DNA of 64,000 nucleotides from Sedimentisphaeraceae bacterium JB056 (GTDB lineage Bacteria; Planctomycetota; Phycisphaerae; Sedimentisphaerales; Sedimentisphaeraceae): positions 117,233 to 181,232 of the forward strand of contig JBITAJ010000018.1 of the NCBI GenBank assembly GCA_044440125.1, written 5' to 3'. A model generated the notes under the pieces. It saw only the letters and a program-made list of their open reading frames with translations, was not told the origin of the DNA and did not search any database. This document shows, piece after piece, positions 27,577 through 37,162 of this stretch (positions are counted from its first letter, which is position 1; each line of letters opens with the position of its first letter). Both the position numbers and the translations under genes were made by a program.

Positions 27577-29223
27577 ATGTTTTGTTATCAATGTGAACAA
27601 ACAGCAAAAGGACAAGGGTGTACAGTACAGGGAGTTTGTGGAAAAACTGGAGAGACCGCAGAATTGCAGGATTTGTTAGTTTATACGGCAAAGGCGGTTT
27701 CAATGTATGCTCACAGAGCGAGATTGCTTGGAGCCAAAGATTCAAAGATAGACAACTTTGTCCTTGAAGCACTCTTTACTACTGTTACCAATGTGAATTT
27801 TGATCCGGAAACGATTGAGAAGTTGATACTCTGTGGACAGGAAGGCATTCTTCGTGCAAAGAAACTCTATGAAGACGCTGCCAGGGCTAAGGGGCAGGAA
27901 CCGGAAGTTATTAATGCCCTTGAAGATTGGGATATGCCAAAGAGTTCTGAACAAATGCACAAGGAGTCTAAGGCTATTGGAATCGCGGCTAAACTTGAAG
28001 CTCTTGGCGAAGATGTAACCGGGCTTCAGGAGTTGATTACTTACGGCCTTAAGGGAATGGCTGCCTATGCAGATCACGCGAGAGTTTTAGGGGTGACTGA
28101 CGAGTCTGTTATGGCATTTTTCCATGAGGCGTTGAACTTCCTTACTGAGCATGATGCCAAAGATCCTGACAAACTTGTTCCAATGGTGCTTAAGGTTGGT
28201 GAAGTGAATCTGAAAGTGATGGAAATGCTCGATAAGGCTAATACGGATGCATACGGACACCCCGAGCCAACTACTGTTCGTGTTACACCGGTTAAAGGCA
28301 AAGCGATACTTGTATCAGGGCACGACCTTAAGGACTTGGATCTGCTTCTTCAGCAGACAGAGGGCAAAGGGGTTAATGTGTATACTCATGGTGAGATGTT
28401 GCCGTGTCTTGCTTATCCGGGCCTTAAAAAATATAAGCATCTTGTGGGTAACTATGGAGGGGCATGGCAGGATCAGAAAAAAGAATTCGCTGAATTCCCA
28501 GGCTCTATACTTATGACAACCAACTGTATACAGAATCCCGCTAAATATATGGATAGAATATTTACTACAGGACTTGTTCAGTGGCCTGGCGTAAAGCATA
28601 TCGATGATAATAAGGATTTCACTCACGTGATAGAAGCCGCGCTTGCAGAGCCTGGTTTCACTGAAGATGCCGAAGAAAAGCTTATAACGATAGGTTTTGC
28701 AAGAAATGCTGTTATGGGCGTAGCCGGTGATGTAATTGATGCGGTTAAGGCTGGAAAGATTAAGCATTTCTTCCTGATTGGCGGATGTGATGGCGCAAAG
28801 AGCGGTCGTAATTATTACACAGAGTTTGCTCAGGCCGTACCCGATGATTGCGTTATTCTGACACTTGCATGCGGTAAGTATCGGTTCAACAAGCTTGATT
28901 TCGGTGATATAGGAGGTATTCCAAGACTGCTTGACTGCGGCCAATGTAATGATGCCTATTCTGCTATACAGATTGCACTGGCTCTGTCCGATGCATTCGA
29001 ATGCGGAGTTAATGACCTGCCTCTGTCTTTGATATTGAGCTGGTATGAGCAGAAAGCCGTATGTATTTTGCTGACTCTGCTTTATCTGGGAATAGAAAAT
29101 ATGAAACTTGGACCAACTCTACCTGCATTTGTTACGCCTGCGGTACTGAATGTTCTTGTTGAAAAATTCAAGATAGCACCGGTTACTGATCCGGAAAGCG
29201 ATCTCAAGGAAATATTAGGTTAA
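27577..29223 (+). CDS. hcp: Hybrid cluster protein (hydroxylamine/NO reductase)
   Basis: MFCYQCEQT..GC...GVCGK, SGHDL, YTHGEML, TTNC, GGCDG, CGQCND, SWYEQKA. Confidence 0.97.
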   Translation: MFCYQCEQTAKGQGCTVQGVCGKTGETAELQDLLVYTAKAVSMYAHRARLLGAKDSKIDNFVLEALFTTVTNVNFDPETIEKLILCGQEGILRAKKLYEDAARAKGQEPEVINALEDWDMPKSSEQMHKESKAIGIAAKLEALGEDVTGLQELITYGLKGMAAYADHARVLGVTDESVMAFFHEALNFLTEHDAKDPDKLVPMVLKVGEVNLKVMEMLDKANTDAYGHPEPTTVRVTPVKGKAILVSGHDLKDLDLLLQQTEGKGVNVYTHGEMLPCLAYPGLKKYKHLVGNYGGAWQDQKKEFAEFPGSILMTTNCIQNPAKYMDRIFTTGLVQWPGVKHIDDNKDFTHVIEAALAEPGFTEDAEEKLITIGFARNAVMGVAGDVIDAVKAGKIKHFFLIGGCDGAKSGRNYYTEFAQAVPDDCVILTLACGKYRFNKLDFGDIGGIPRLLDCGQCNDAYSAIQIALALSDAFECGVNDLPLSLILSWYEQKAVCILLTLLYLGIENMKLGPTLPAFVTPAVLNVLVEKFKIAPVTDPESDLKEILG

Positions 29224-29243
29224 TAAAAGCACACTCTACTACG

Positions 29244-29276
29244 AAAGCGGCGGTCTTCAAGGCTGTCGCTTTTTTT
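29244..29276 (+). terminator. Intrinsic terminator after hcp
   Basis: AAAGCGGCGGTC-ttcaa-GGCTGTCGCTTT followed by a T run. Confidence 0.75.
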
Positions 29277-29285
29277 GTGAATCAG

Positions 29286-29383
29286 TTTTTAGTTAGAGCT
29301 AAAAAAGTAATGGGGTGGTTAATGGTTTATTATTCTTATTGAAAAAATATTGCATAGTGTTATAATTTTAGCTTTAGCTAAAA
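29286..29383 (+). promoter_or_regulatory. Two DtxR/MntR-type operator palindromes
   Basis: TTTTAG-N6-CTAAAA at 29287-29304 and 29366-29383; the second directly adjoins TATAAT (29361-29366). Confidence 0.7.
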
Positions 29384-29406
29384 AACTTATTTGTGAAAGG
29401 GAAGAA

Positions 29407-29841
29407 ATGGCAAAGAATACTGATATGGTATTGACTCCAGGTCTTGAGGATTATCTTGAGGCTATATTTATGATTGAACAGGAGAAAAATGTTTCTCGTG
29501 TAAAGGACATCGCATCACGGCTCAATGTCAGAGCCGCATCTGTTACAGGTGCACTTCAGTCGCTTTCTGAGAAAGAGCTGATTAATTATACTCCCTACGA
29601 GTATATAACACTTACAGAAGCTGGTAAGTATGAAGCAAAGAAAGTTGTAAGAAGGCATAGATTTCTCAAGCAGTTTTTTGTTGAAATTCTTGGTATAGAT
29701 GAAGATGTCGCAGATGAGGGGGCATGTAATGTGGAACATACAATTCCTAAAATCATAATGGAACGCATGGTCGACTTTATGGATTTTGTTGAGAAGAATA
29801 ATCTGAACGACGTATTCGATAAGTTCAAGGCCCAGCATTAA
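29407..29841 (+). CDS. DtxR/MntR family metal-dependent regulator (no C-terminal SH3/FeoA domain)
   Basis: LEDYLEAI, wHTH, LTEAG, RRH..L..FF, ACNVEH; ATG 29407 follows GGGAAG. Confidence 0.92.
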   Translation: MAKNTDMVLTPGLEDYLEAIFMIEQEKNVSRVKDIASRLNVRAASVTGALQSLSEKELINYTPYEYITLTEAGKYEAKKVVRRHRFLKQFFVEILGIDEDVADEGACNVEHTIPKIIMERMVDFMDFVEKNNLNDVFDKFKAQH

Positions 29842-29879
29842 TGCTTTACGATTAATTTTTTTTCTTCGGATTTTCATCA

Positions 29880-31940
29880 ATGAATAAAAAAATCACAATA
29901 GCGTTTGCCGGAAACCCTAACAGTGGCAAAACGACTCTTTTCAATGCTTTGACTGGGGCAAGGCAGCAGGTGGGCAATTATCCAGGTGTTACGGTTGAAA
30001 AAAAGGAAGGCAAACTAAATTATAAAGATTATGAAATAAAGATTGTTGATCTTCCTGGTATCTATAGCCTTACCGCATATTCTATTGAGGAGATAGTATC
30101 AAGAGATTTTATTATAAAAAACAAGCCTGATCTGGTTGTGAATATAATAGATTCATCTAATATTGAACGAAATTTATATCTTACGACTCAGCTTATTGAA
30201 ATGAAGGTGCCTCTATTGCTTGCATTCAATATGTATGATGTTGCAAAGAATAGAGGGTTGACATTTGATACCCGTCAGCTTTCACGTTTCCTGAATGCTC
30301 CTATCGTTAATACCGTAGGCAGTAAAGGCCAGGGGCTTGACGAGCTTCTTGAGAGCATTGTTGATATGATTGATAAGCAGGGCGGCTCACCTCTTTGCAT
30401 GCTGAATTACGGAAGTGAGATAGAGGGCAGAATAACGGAGATTGCTGCTGCTATAGAGGCGAGTTGTAAAGATATTGTCATATCGCCGAGATGGATGGCT
30501 ATAAAACTGCTTGAGCAGGATAGCGAGATTGTTAAGCTTAATATCCCGGAGGCAGTACGTAAAGAAGTAGACTTGGGATTGAAGCATATTAAAAAAGTAT
30601 ATGGTGATGATGCTGAGATTCTGATTGCCGACAGACGTTATGGTTTTATTTCAGGTGCCTGCGAAGAGACTGTTCACAATACTGTCGAAAGACGCCATGA
30701 TATAAGCGATATGGTTGATACTTTTATACTAAATAAAGTATTCGGTCTGCCCATATTCCTTTTACTGATGTATGTTACCTTTAAGCTCACATTCTGGGCC
30801 GGTGAACCTTTTATGGGCGGCATAGAGTTGTTATTTAGCTGGCTCGCGAATCTTATATCAGGTTTCTGGCCTGCCGGCAGCGACAGTGTATTAAGATCAC
30901 TCATTATTGACGGCATAATAGGCGGCGTTGGCGGAGTTATTGTGTTCTTGCCGAACATTATGTTCCTGTTCCTCGCGATATCCGTACTTGAGGACACCGG
31001 CTATATGGCAAGGGCGGCTTTTGTTATGGATCGGATTATGCACAAAATAGGGCTTCACGGCAAAAGCTTCATACCGATGCTTATTGGATTTGGTTGTTCG
31101 GTACCCGCTATAATGGCGACAAGGATACTTGAAAACCGACGAAACAGGCTTACTACAATGATGGTGGTGCCTCTGATGAGCTGCGGAGCAAGGTTTCCGA
31201 TATACGCTCTGATAATACCTGCATTCTTCCCTGCAAAACTGCATGGCTTGATGATGTGCCTGATATATTTTATTGGTATCCTGCTTGCCATAGTTTGTGC
31301 TTTCCTGCTTCGTAAAACTGTATTCAAAGGTGAAACTGTTCCATTCGTTATGGAACTGCCGCCATATCGCATGCCGACGGTAAAAGGATTGCTGTTGCAT
31401 GTATGGGAAAGAAGCTGGCTTTATCTAAAGAAGGCCGGAACAGTTATTCTCGGCATATCTATCGTATTGTGGGCTTTGTCGAGTTATCCAAAACTGCCCG
31501 AACAAAAGGCTCAGGGATTGACTGCGGAGCAATTGAATTCAAAGGAGCTCGAGTATTCCATAGCTGGAAAAATAGGAAACGCGATGGAACCGGTAATAAA
31601 GCCTATAGGATTTGACAGCAGAATCGGTACTGCACTAATAGGCGCTCTTGCGGCAAAAGAGGTGTTTGTTGCGCAGATGGGTATCGTGTTTTCTCTTGGA
31701 GAGGCCGATGAAGGTTCCGAGGCGCTTAGAAAAAAACTTAAAGAGGCTTATACGCCTTTGCAAGGTTTTTGTGTAATGCTGTTTTGTCTGATCAGTGCTC
31801 CTTGTGTAGGAACCGTTGCTGTTTGTATGAGGGAAAGCGGTTCGTGGAAATGGGCACTGTTCCAGTTTTCAATGCTGACTTTTGTAGCGTATGTCATAAC
31901 ATTCGCAGTTTACCAAATTGGTACTGCAATATGGTATTGA
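29880..31940 (+). CDS. feoB: Ferrous iron transporter FeoB
   Basis: GNPNSGKTT, VGNYPGVTVE, DLPGIYSL, LEDTGYMARAA, GFGCSVPA, ELPPYR. Confidence 0.96.
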   Translation: MNKKITIAFAGNPNSGKTTLFNALTGARQQVGNYPGVTVEKKEGKLNYKDYEIKIVDLPGIYSLTAYSIEEIVSRDFIIKNKPDLVVNIIDSSNIERNLYLTTQLIEMKVPLLLAFNMYDVAKNRGLTFDTRQLSRFLNAPIVNTVGSKGQGLDELLESIVDMIDKQGGSPLCMLNYGSEIEGRITEIAAAIEASCKDIVISPRWMAIKLLEQDSEIVKLNIPEAVRKEVDLGLKHIKKVYGDDAEILIADRRYGFISGACEETVHNTVERRHDISDMVDTFILNKVFGLPIFLLLMYVTFKLTFWAGEPFMGGIELLFSWLANLISGFWPAGSDSVLRSLIIDGIIGGVGGVIVFLPNIMFLFLAISVLEDTGYMARAAFVMDRIMHKIGLHGKSFIPMLIGFGCSVPAIMATRILENRRNRLTTMMVVPLMSCGARFPIYALIIPAFFPAKLHGLMMCLIYFIGILLAIVCAFLLRKTVFKGETVPFVMELPPYRMPTVKGLLLHVWERSWLYLKKAGTVILGISIVLWALSSYPKLPEQKAQGLTAEQLNSKELEYSIAGKIGNAMEPVIKPIGFDSRIGTALIGALAAKEVFVAQMGIVFSLGEADEGSEALRKKLKEAYTPLQGFCVMLFCLISAPCVGTVAVCMRESGSWKWALFQFSMLTFVAYVITFAVYQIGTAIWY

Positions 31941-31949
31941 TTGAAGTTT

Positions 31950-31997
31950 GCGGGTCTCTTTCTGTGTGCTGTAAAGTAGAGACGAAAAGAGACCCGT
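31950..31997. terminator. Hairpin between the convergent feoB and gldA genes
   Basis: GCGGGTCTCTTT...AAAGAGACCCGT inverted repeat with a long loop. Confidence 0.6.
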
Positions 31998-32006
31998 AAT
32001 TTTTGT

Positions 32007-33098
32007 TTATAGAATTTCGCCGAGTTTGTCTGCTGTTACTATTGCGGCGTATACATCATCTGCTGTTACTTTGAACGGCATGTTATGAATGGTTTCGCCT
32101 TCTGCTGTAGCTGCTTTGGCTACTGCCCTAAGCTTTTCTTCGCTGACTTTGCCGGCATTAAGATCCGATAGTGTTGTCGGCAACCCTACACTTTTGCAGA
32201 ATTGCACTACTTCCCGTATTTCCTCAAGAGGAGCGTTTTCCAGAGCAAGCTGAGTAATGGTTCCGAAGGCTACTTTCTCACCATGAGTACGGTCGTGACA
32301 TTCTGAAAGCACAGTTAACCCATTATGGATTGCATGAGCGGCAGCCAATCCGCCGCTTTCAAAACCAATGCCACTGAGGAAAGTGTTTGCCTCTATGATC
32401 TTCTCTACAGCCGCGTTGGATACTTTGCTTTCTGCCGCGAGCTTGGCTTTCAGTCCATCGGAAATTAGAGTCCGGTAACATAACTCAGCTAAAGCCATAG
32501 CTGTTTCAGTTGCCTTTGCTCCAGCCATTGTATCAGCGTTTGCGCGGTATGACGCACGTGCCTCAAAATAGGTTGCCATTGCATCGCCCATTCCTGACAC
32601 AAGAAGCCGAACCGGTGCGGCAGCAATTATTTGCGTGTCCATCAGTACAACAGCCGGGTTTGTAGGCAGAATAAGATATCGATCAAAGATTCCATCATCT
32701 GTATATAGAACCGACAGTGCCGAACAGGGCGCATCTGTCGATGCAATCGTTGGGACGATTATTACAGGTCTCTTCATATAGTAGCCCATTGCTTTTGCGG
32801 TATCGAGCGTTTTGCCGCCGCCAACGCCTATTATTACATCACAACCACTATTTCCGGCAAGCTTGCGTAATCTCTAGACTTCGTTTTTTGAGCATTCCCC
32901 ATTGAACAATTCCGGAATGAATTCTGTGTTGGTTGCCGCGTAGCTTTCTTTGATGGTATCCTTGGTCATATTCATGACAAATGAATCGGCAATGATAAAT
33001 GGTTTTTCACCAAAGTTGCGTGAGTAGTTTTCCAGTTTTCCAAGTTCTCCGGGGCCTTGGACGTATTTACTGGGACTGCTTATGATTTTTGTTGCCAT
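32007..33098 (-). pseudogene. gldA: Glycerol dehydrogenase interrupted by one in-frame TAG at codon 75
   Basis: The 74-aa and 260-aa ORFs are in one frame: ...ECSKNEV-TAG(32876-32874)[28 protein letters not shown]...PTIASTDAP...[18 protein letters not shown]. Total span is 364 codons, full GldA size. Confidence 0.88.
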
Positions 33099-33405
33099 AT
33101 ACTTCTCCTATGATTAAAGTTTCATCCAATTACGTTGTCTACGTTTTTTTTGCTATTGAAATTGGCTCTCCTTTAATTGTATACCTAATTATGATTGTAA
33201 ATCATAGCTTCTAAAAGTCAATATAATAATTAGTAACAGCTGTTCTATTGGTCGAAATTGCAGGTTTTAAGGCAGTAGTCCAGTTTGCATGTATTTTTAG
33301 TGAGGCACCAGTGTTAATTATTTAATTGACAAATGTGAGTATTTTGCTAAACTGACTTATGTTGGATTTGGTGATAAATTATATTAATAGAAGAAAGGGA
33401 AAGCA

Positions 33406-33699
33406 ATGATGTTAAGGAATTTGTTGATCGTTTGTACTATCGCTATGGCAGCTCTCATGATTGGCTGCAAGAAAGAGGATTCTACCCCAAGTACATCTGG
33501 TGGTGAAGAATCATCATTGATGAAGATGGCTGATGAGGCAGGCGACGCTGCTGGAGAAGCCATGGAAGAAACAAAGGACGTGGCAGAAGAAGCTATGGAT
33601 GAAGCAAAAGATGCGGCGGAAGAGATGAAGACTGACGCTCAGAAGATGGTTTGCCCTAAATGCAGCATGCCTAAAGATCAGTGCAAATGTACTGAGTAA
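33406..33699 (+). CDS. Small acidic lipoprotein with 11-mer helical repeats and a Cys-rich tail
   Basis: Lipobox LMIGC; upstream TTGACA promoter-like sequence; RBS GGGAAAG; terminator follows. Confidence 0.75.
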   Translation: MMLRNLLIVCTIAMAALMIGCKKEDSTPSTSGGEESSLMKMADEAGDAAGEAMEETKDVAEEAMDEAKDAAEEMKTDAQKMVCPKCSMPKDQCKCTE

Positions 33700-33720
33700 A
33701 CATTTTGAATATGATACTAT

Positions 33721-33754
33721 AAAGGGCCGGAATGATTTGTTCATCCGGCCCTTT
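33721..33754. terminator. Bidirectional intrinsic terminator
   Basis: AAAGGGCCGGA-atgatttgttca-TCCGGCCCTTT between convergent genes. Confidence 0.8.
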
Positions 33755-33759
33755 ATTTT

Positions 33760-35019
33760 TTAGGTATATTTTTCTGAGAGTCTTGCTGCAATAGCGGCGT
33801 AATCCCATAAGCGTTTAGGTTCATAACGAACCGTGGAAATATCCTTTAATATTACTTCAACATGGCACCCCTTTGTTCTTTCAAGGATATCCGAGAGCTC
33901 TTTTTCTACTCTTGTCGAATCCCATTGGCTCTCAGCCATAAAAGCCGGATTGAACTTATACGAGAACACGTAATCGGTTCCCATTTGCTTTGCGGCGTTA
34001 TCAACATCAATCCAGGGACTCATTGATATCTTACGCAGATTTGGGATATTACGCAGTACATCAATCTTTTTGTCAAGTGGTTCACAGCAGCCGTAATAGT
34101 TCATCCCCCATTTTTCAAGCCAGCGTAGATCATGTTTAACGGCGAATTCCCAATGCATCTCAGGCGAAATCTCTGAGAATATCTGTGCATTTGAGCATCC
34201 CCAGAGCTGTTTTGTTTTGGCCTGCGGCCAGTCCGGTTCGCCGCTGGCTAACTCGCTCGTATATGCGTAGCCGCCTGAGCCTACGCGATGATTTGTATTG
34301 TCGAGTGTTAGAAGGCCAAGCCTCTCGTATTGATCTATACGGTGGATATAATTATCGACCATTCGTTCTACCGCGGCATGTACCATTTCGGGACGAAGTA
34401 CCATGTCCATCATTGCTTGCTCAACACCCCACCAGCGGATGAGCATATCCCATGGAGTATACCACAGCCAGCTTATGCCTTCTTTTCTGACGGGTATTAT
34501 ACCATCGAATATTTTCTTCATACAGTTATAATTTTCTTCAGTCTGATCGCTATGATGTATCACCTCAGGCATAGTGATCTTTTCTATGTCCTCCGGGTTA
34601 GTGATTTGTACGTTGAAGTGACGTGAAACCACATTGCTTTCCGGGTCTGTGCCTACAGTTTCGACATTTTCAATTATTCCAAACTGGGGGTCTTCTATAA
34701 CCATAGGGCAGCTTATGTAATTGGCTATTACCATATCGCATGGCATGTGCTTCCATTGATATATTTCGCGAAGGAGTTTTGTTTCGAGATTGCGAGCCCA
34801 ATCATTCTGGCATTGATTGGTAAGCTCATCATTATAGTTCACTTCATGCCAGGGTACTTCATCCATCCATAGCAGTGGACGGGTGCCTTTTTTGTCGTTT
34901 AGGTTAGTCCAGAGCTGTGCCTTTTTCTTTTGAATATCAAGAGCGGCTATCTCTGCCTTCTTTTCGCCAAGAGAGCGTAGTACATCAATATCTGTTTGTG
35001 GTAAGTTTTTATATTCCAT
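33760..35019 (-). CDS. URO-D/methyltransferase-like TIM-barrel protein of unknown function
   Basis: 419 aa; ISPEMHWEF..KH, YYGCCEPL, LRKISMSPW; adjacent to a URO-D family paralog. Confidence 0.6.
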   Translation of the reverse strand: MEYKNLPQTDIDVLRSLGEKKAEIAALDIQKKKAQLWTNLNDKKGTRPLLWMDEVPWHEVNYNDELTNQCQNDWARNLETKLLREIYQWKHMPCDMVIANYISCPMVIEDPQFGIIENVETVGTDPESNVVSRHFNVQITNPEDIEKITMPEVIHHSDQTEENYNCMKKIFDGIIPVRKEGISWLWYTPWDMLIRWWGVEQAMMDMVLRPEMVHAAVERMVDNYIHRIDQYERLGLLTLDNTNHRVGSGGYAYTSELASGEPDWPQAKTKQLWGCSNAQIFSEISPEMHWEFAVKHDLRWLEKWGMNYYGCCEPLDKKIDVLRNIPNLRKISMSPWIDVDNAAKQMGTDYVFSYKFNPAFMAESQWDSTRVEKELSDILERTKGCHVEVILKDISTVRYEPKRLWDYAAIAARLSEKYT

Positions 35020-35037
35020 TTGGTTGGTTTCCAGGAT

Positions 35038-36150
35038 TTAGTAATAGCATTTTTTTGCTTCATCAACGAACGCTTGTATATTATCAGGGCTGCCGTTAAA
35101 GAAATGATCAGATGGACTCACGATATAACCGCCGTGATCCTTTGTCGCCTCAAAGCACTCTCTCACGAGTCTGCGGGCATCTTCGGGGTTGCCGCTTTCA
35201 AAACCGGCGTTCTGGTCGAAGCCGCCAATGAAGAAGAGTTTGTCACCCCATTTTTCTGATGCAAGAGCGAGATCACAGTCACCTCCCATTGCCGGCGGAG
35301 TCATTGTTTCAAAGCCGTCTGCTCCTGATTCAACAACCATATCGCCCATTGCCATCATTCCGCCGCAAAGATGATATACAACTTTTGTTCCAAGCTCTTG
35401 CAGTGTCTGGTTTTGTTTTTTGTCATAAGGCAGACAGAATTTCTCGAACATTGAAGGACTTATTACGGTATTGGAGCCTGCTCCGCCGCCTGTCTCTATT
35501 ACATCCGAAAGCATCTGCTCTTTTGAACAAAGCGACAGTGTTCGCTGTGATTTCTCCAGAAGACTTTCGAGAGCATAATGCATCCAGCTTTCATCATCGA
35601 ATGCGTTCATTATTGTTGGTTCTGTTCCCATCAGGTAACACAATGCCTGCCATGGGCTTCCTTGACCGGGATAGTAGATGTACCCGTATGTTCGTATCAG
35701 ACCACGGTTGCCAAGTTTCTCTTTGTCTGCTTGAACGCCAGTGATATCAATGCCGTTTGGTACCGGCCAGTATTTGTTGAACAGCTCGAAATCTTCTTTG
35801 GTTTTGACAAGATGTTCTGTTTCATAAAATGTTATAGGATTTTTAACAAGAACTTGTGAAAGAGTGCCTTCTGGTGTAGTTATAACCTCCCGCCAGCTTA
35901 TTGAATCAGGAGAGGGGGCTGGAAGCGGAGTTTTTTCAACTCTCCAGTTCGCTAGATCGCGTTGATCAAATTCATGCTTTATATGATTGTAGATTACGAA
36001 ATCCATATCGAATTTTTCATAAGCCTGCCATTGATCCATGCCGTCAAGATAATTATCAAGATAGTATTGCATCCATCCATGCACCTGACAGGGCAGCCGA
36101 TCGGCCTTTTCATTGTTTAGTGCATTTAGAAGTCTTTCGCGAGAAGTCAT
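35038..36150 (-). CDS. Uroporphyrinogen decarboxylase (URO-D)/MtaA-CmuA-like family protein
   Basis: MTSRERLL..L....DRLP, ISPSMFEKFCLPYD, YHLCG (HxC), FIGGFDQ, GGYIVSPSDH. Confidence 0.85.
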   Translation of the reverse strand: MTSRERLLNALNNEKADRLPCQVHGWMQYYLDNYLDGMDQWQAYEKFDMDFVIYNHIKHEFDQRDLANWRVEKTPLPAPSPDSISWREVITTPEGTLSQVLVKNPITFYETEHLVKTKEDFELFNKYWPVPNGIDITGVQADKEKLGNRGLIRTYGYIYYPGQGSPWQALCYLMGTEPTIMNAFDDESWMHYALESLLEKSQRTLSLCSKEQMLSDVIETGGGAGSNTVISPSMFEKFCLPYDKKQNQTLQELGTKVVYHLCGGMMAMGDMVVESGADGFETMTPPAMGGDCDLALASEKWGDKLFFIGGFDQNAGFESGNPEDARRLVRECFEATKDHGGYIVSPSDHFFNGSPDNIQAFVDEAKKCYY

Positions 36151-36256
36151 AATATCCCCTTTTTACGTTGTGTTTCTGTTAAAACATCGCTCAAATTTCG
36201 ATAATAGTATTTTATCAGCTTTAAACCTTGATTAAATGAATTATAATAGCTAAAAT

Positions 36257-37114
36257 ATGTACAATATTATCTTGATTGATTCTGATGAACTTACGCGTAG
36301 TATAATTATGGATTTATCTGTTGATATAAAATTAACGACGGGTGGGCAGAGTTTCTGCGGAAGCTGGTGGAATATGCAGGCCGGTGCTATTGACCTTTGC
36401 TTTAAGCTTTACTATGTCAAAAGCGGCGTGGGGTGGATGGTATTCGGCGATGAGGTTTGTGAAATTAAAGGCGGAAACTTTTACTTCATAAACGGTTATA
36501 AGCTGTCACAACAGTGGAGTGAGCAATTGATGGATATTTATTGGGTTCACTTTATTCCATGGGCTATAAATCCGAGTGTTATATATTCGCCTCTTCCTGC
36601 ATTCCATCAATGGAAAGCAGAAGATATTGATACAGAGTCATTTGAGGCGGGAGTAAAAGGCGTTTATTGTGATAATCTGTCAGGTCTTGCTGGGATTGGT
36701 GCAGATTTCAGGGTTCGCAGCACGGCTAATTTTGTACTTGCTGAACTTTTGGATGGGTGCAGCGAAGGTGAGTATCGTGAGTGGTCGGCGGCATTTAGCC
36801 GTATAAAACCTGCCATTGAACATATGGATAAGTATTTTATTGATAATACGCCACTTGAAAATCTTGCTGAAATCGCTAATCTTACACCTAACTATTTTCA
36901 TAGGGCATGCAAAAAGATACTTGGCGTTACCCCGTATGAGTATATGCTTAAAAAAAGGCTGAACAAAGCCAAGCACTTGCTCACAACGACCGACTTGCCG
37001 ATATCTCAGGTAGCCGAGCTTACAGGCTATGAGAATAGTTACTATTTTTCGAGAACGTTTCGTAAAAATACAGGGAAAACACCTTCGCAGATTAGGAAGG
37101 ACAGTCCGGTTTAG
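36257..37114 (+). CDS. AraC family transcriptional regulator (start may be at 36308)
   Basis: C-terminal double HTH (LA....L.PNYFHR..K...G.TP..Y...RL..AK.LL; VA..TGY....YFSR.F+K..G.TP); divergent from the URO-D pair. Confidence 0.92.
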   Translation: MYNIILIDSDELTRSIIMDLSVDIKLTTGGQSFCGSWWNMQAGAIDLCFKLYYVKSGVGWMVFGDEVCEIKGGNFYFINGYKLSQQWSEQLMDIYWVHFIPWAINPSVIYSPLPAFHQWKAEDIDTESFEAGVKGVYCDNLSGLAGIGADFRVRSTANFVLAELLDGCSEGEYREWSAAFSRIKPAIEHMDKYFIDNTPLENLAEIANLTPNYFHRACKKILGVTPYEYMLKKRLNKAKHLLTTTDLPISQVAELTGYENSYYFSRTFRKNTGKTPSQIRKDSPV

Positions 37115-37162
37115 AGTTAAAATGATAAAGCAGTTATCAAAATTAAAACAGGAGATGATATC

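Noticed and set aside
32874..32876. Genome-wide TAG reassignment
   Set aside because: Several conserved genes (hpf, EIIA, Rrf2, dinG) end at TAG at their expected lengths; only gldA is interrupted.
33190..33206. TATGATT-gta-AATCATA palindrome upstream of gldA as an FNR/CRP site
   Set aside because: Spacing and flanks do not match TTGAT-N4-ATCAA; a short AT-rich palindrome may be chance.
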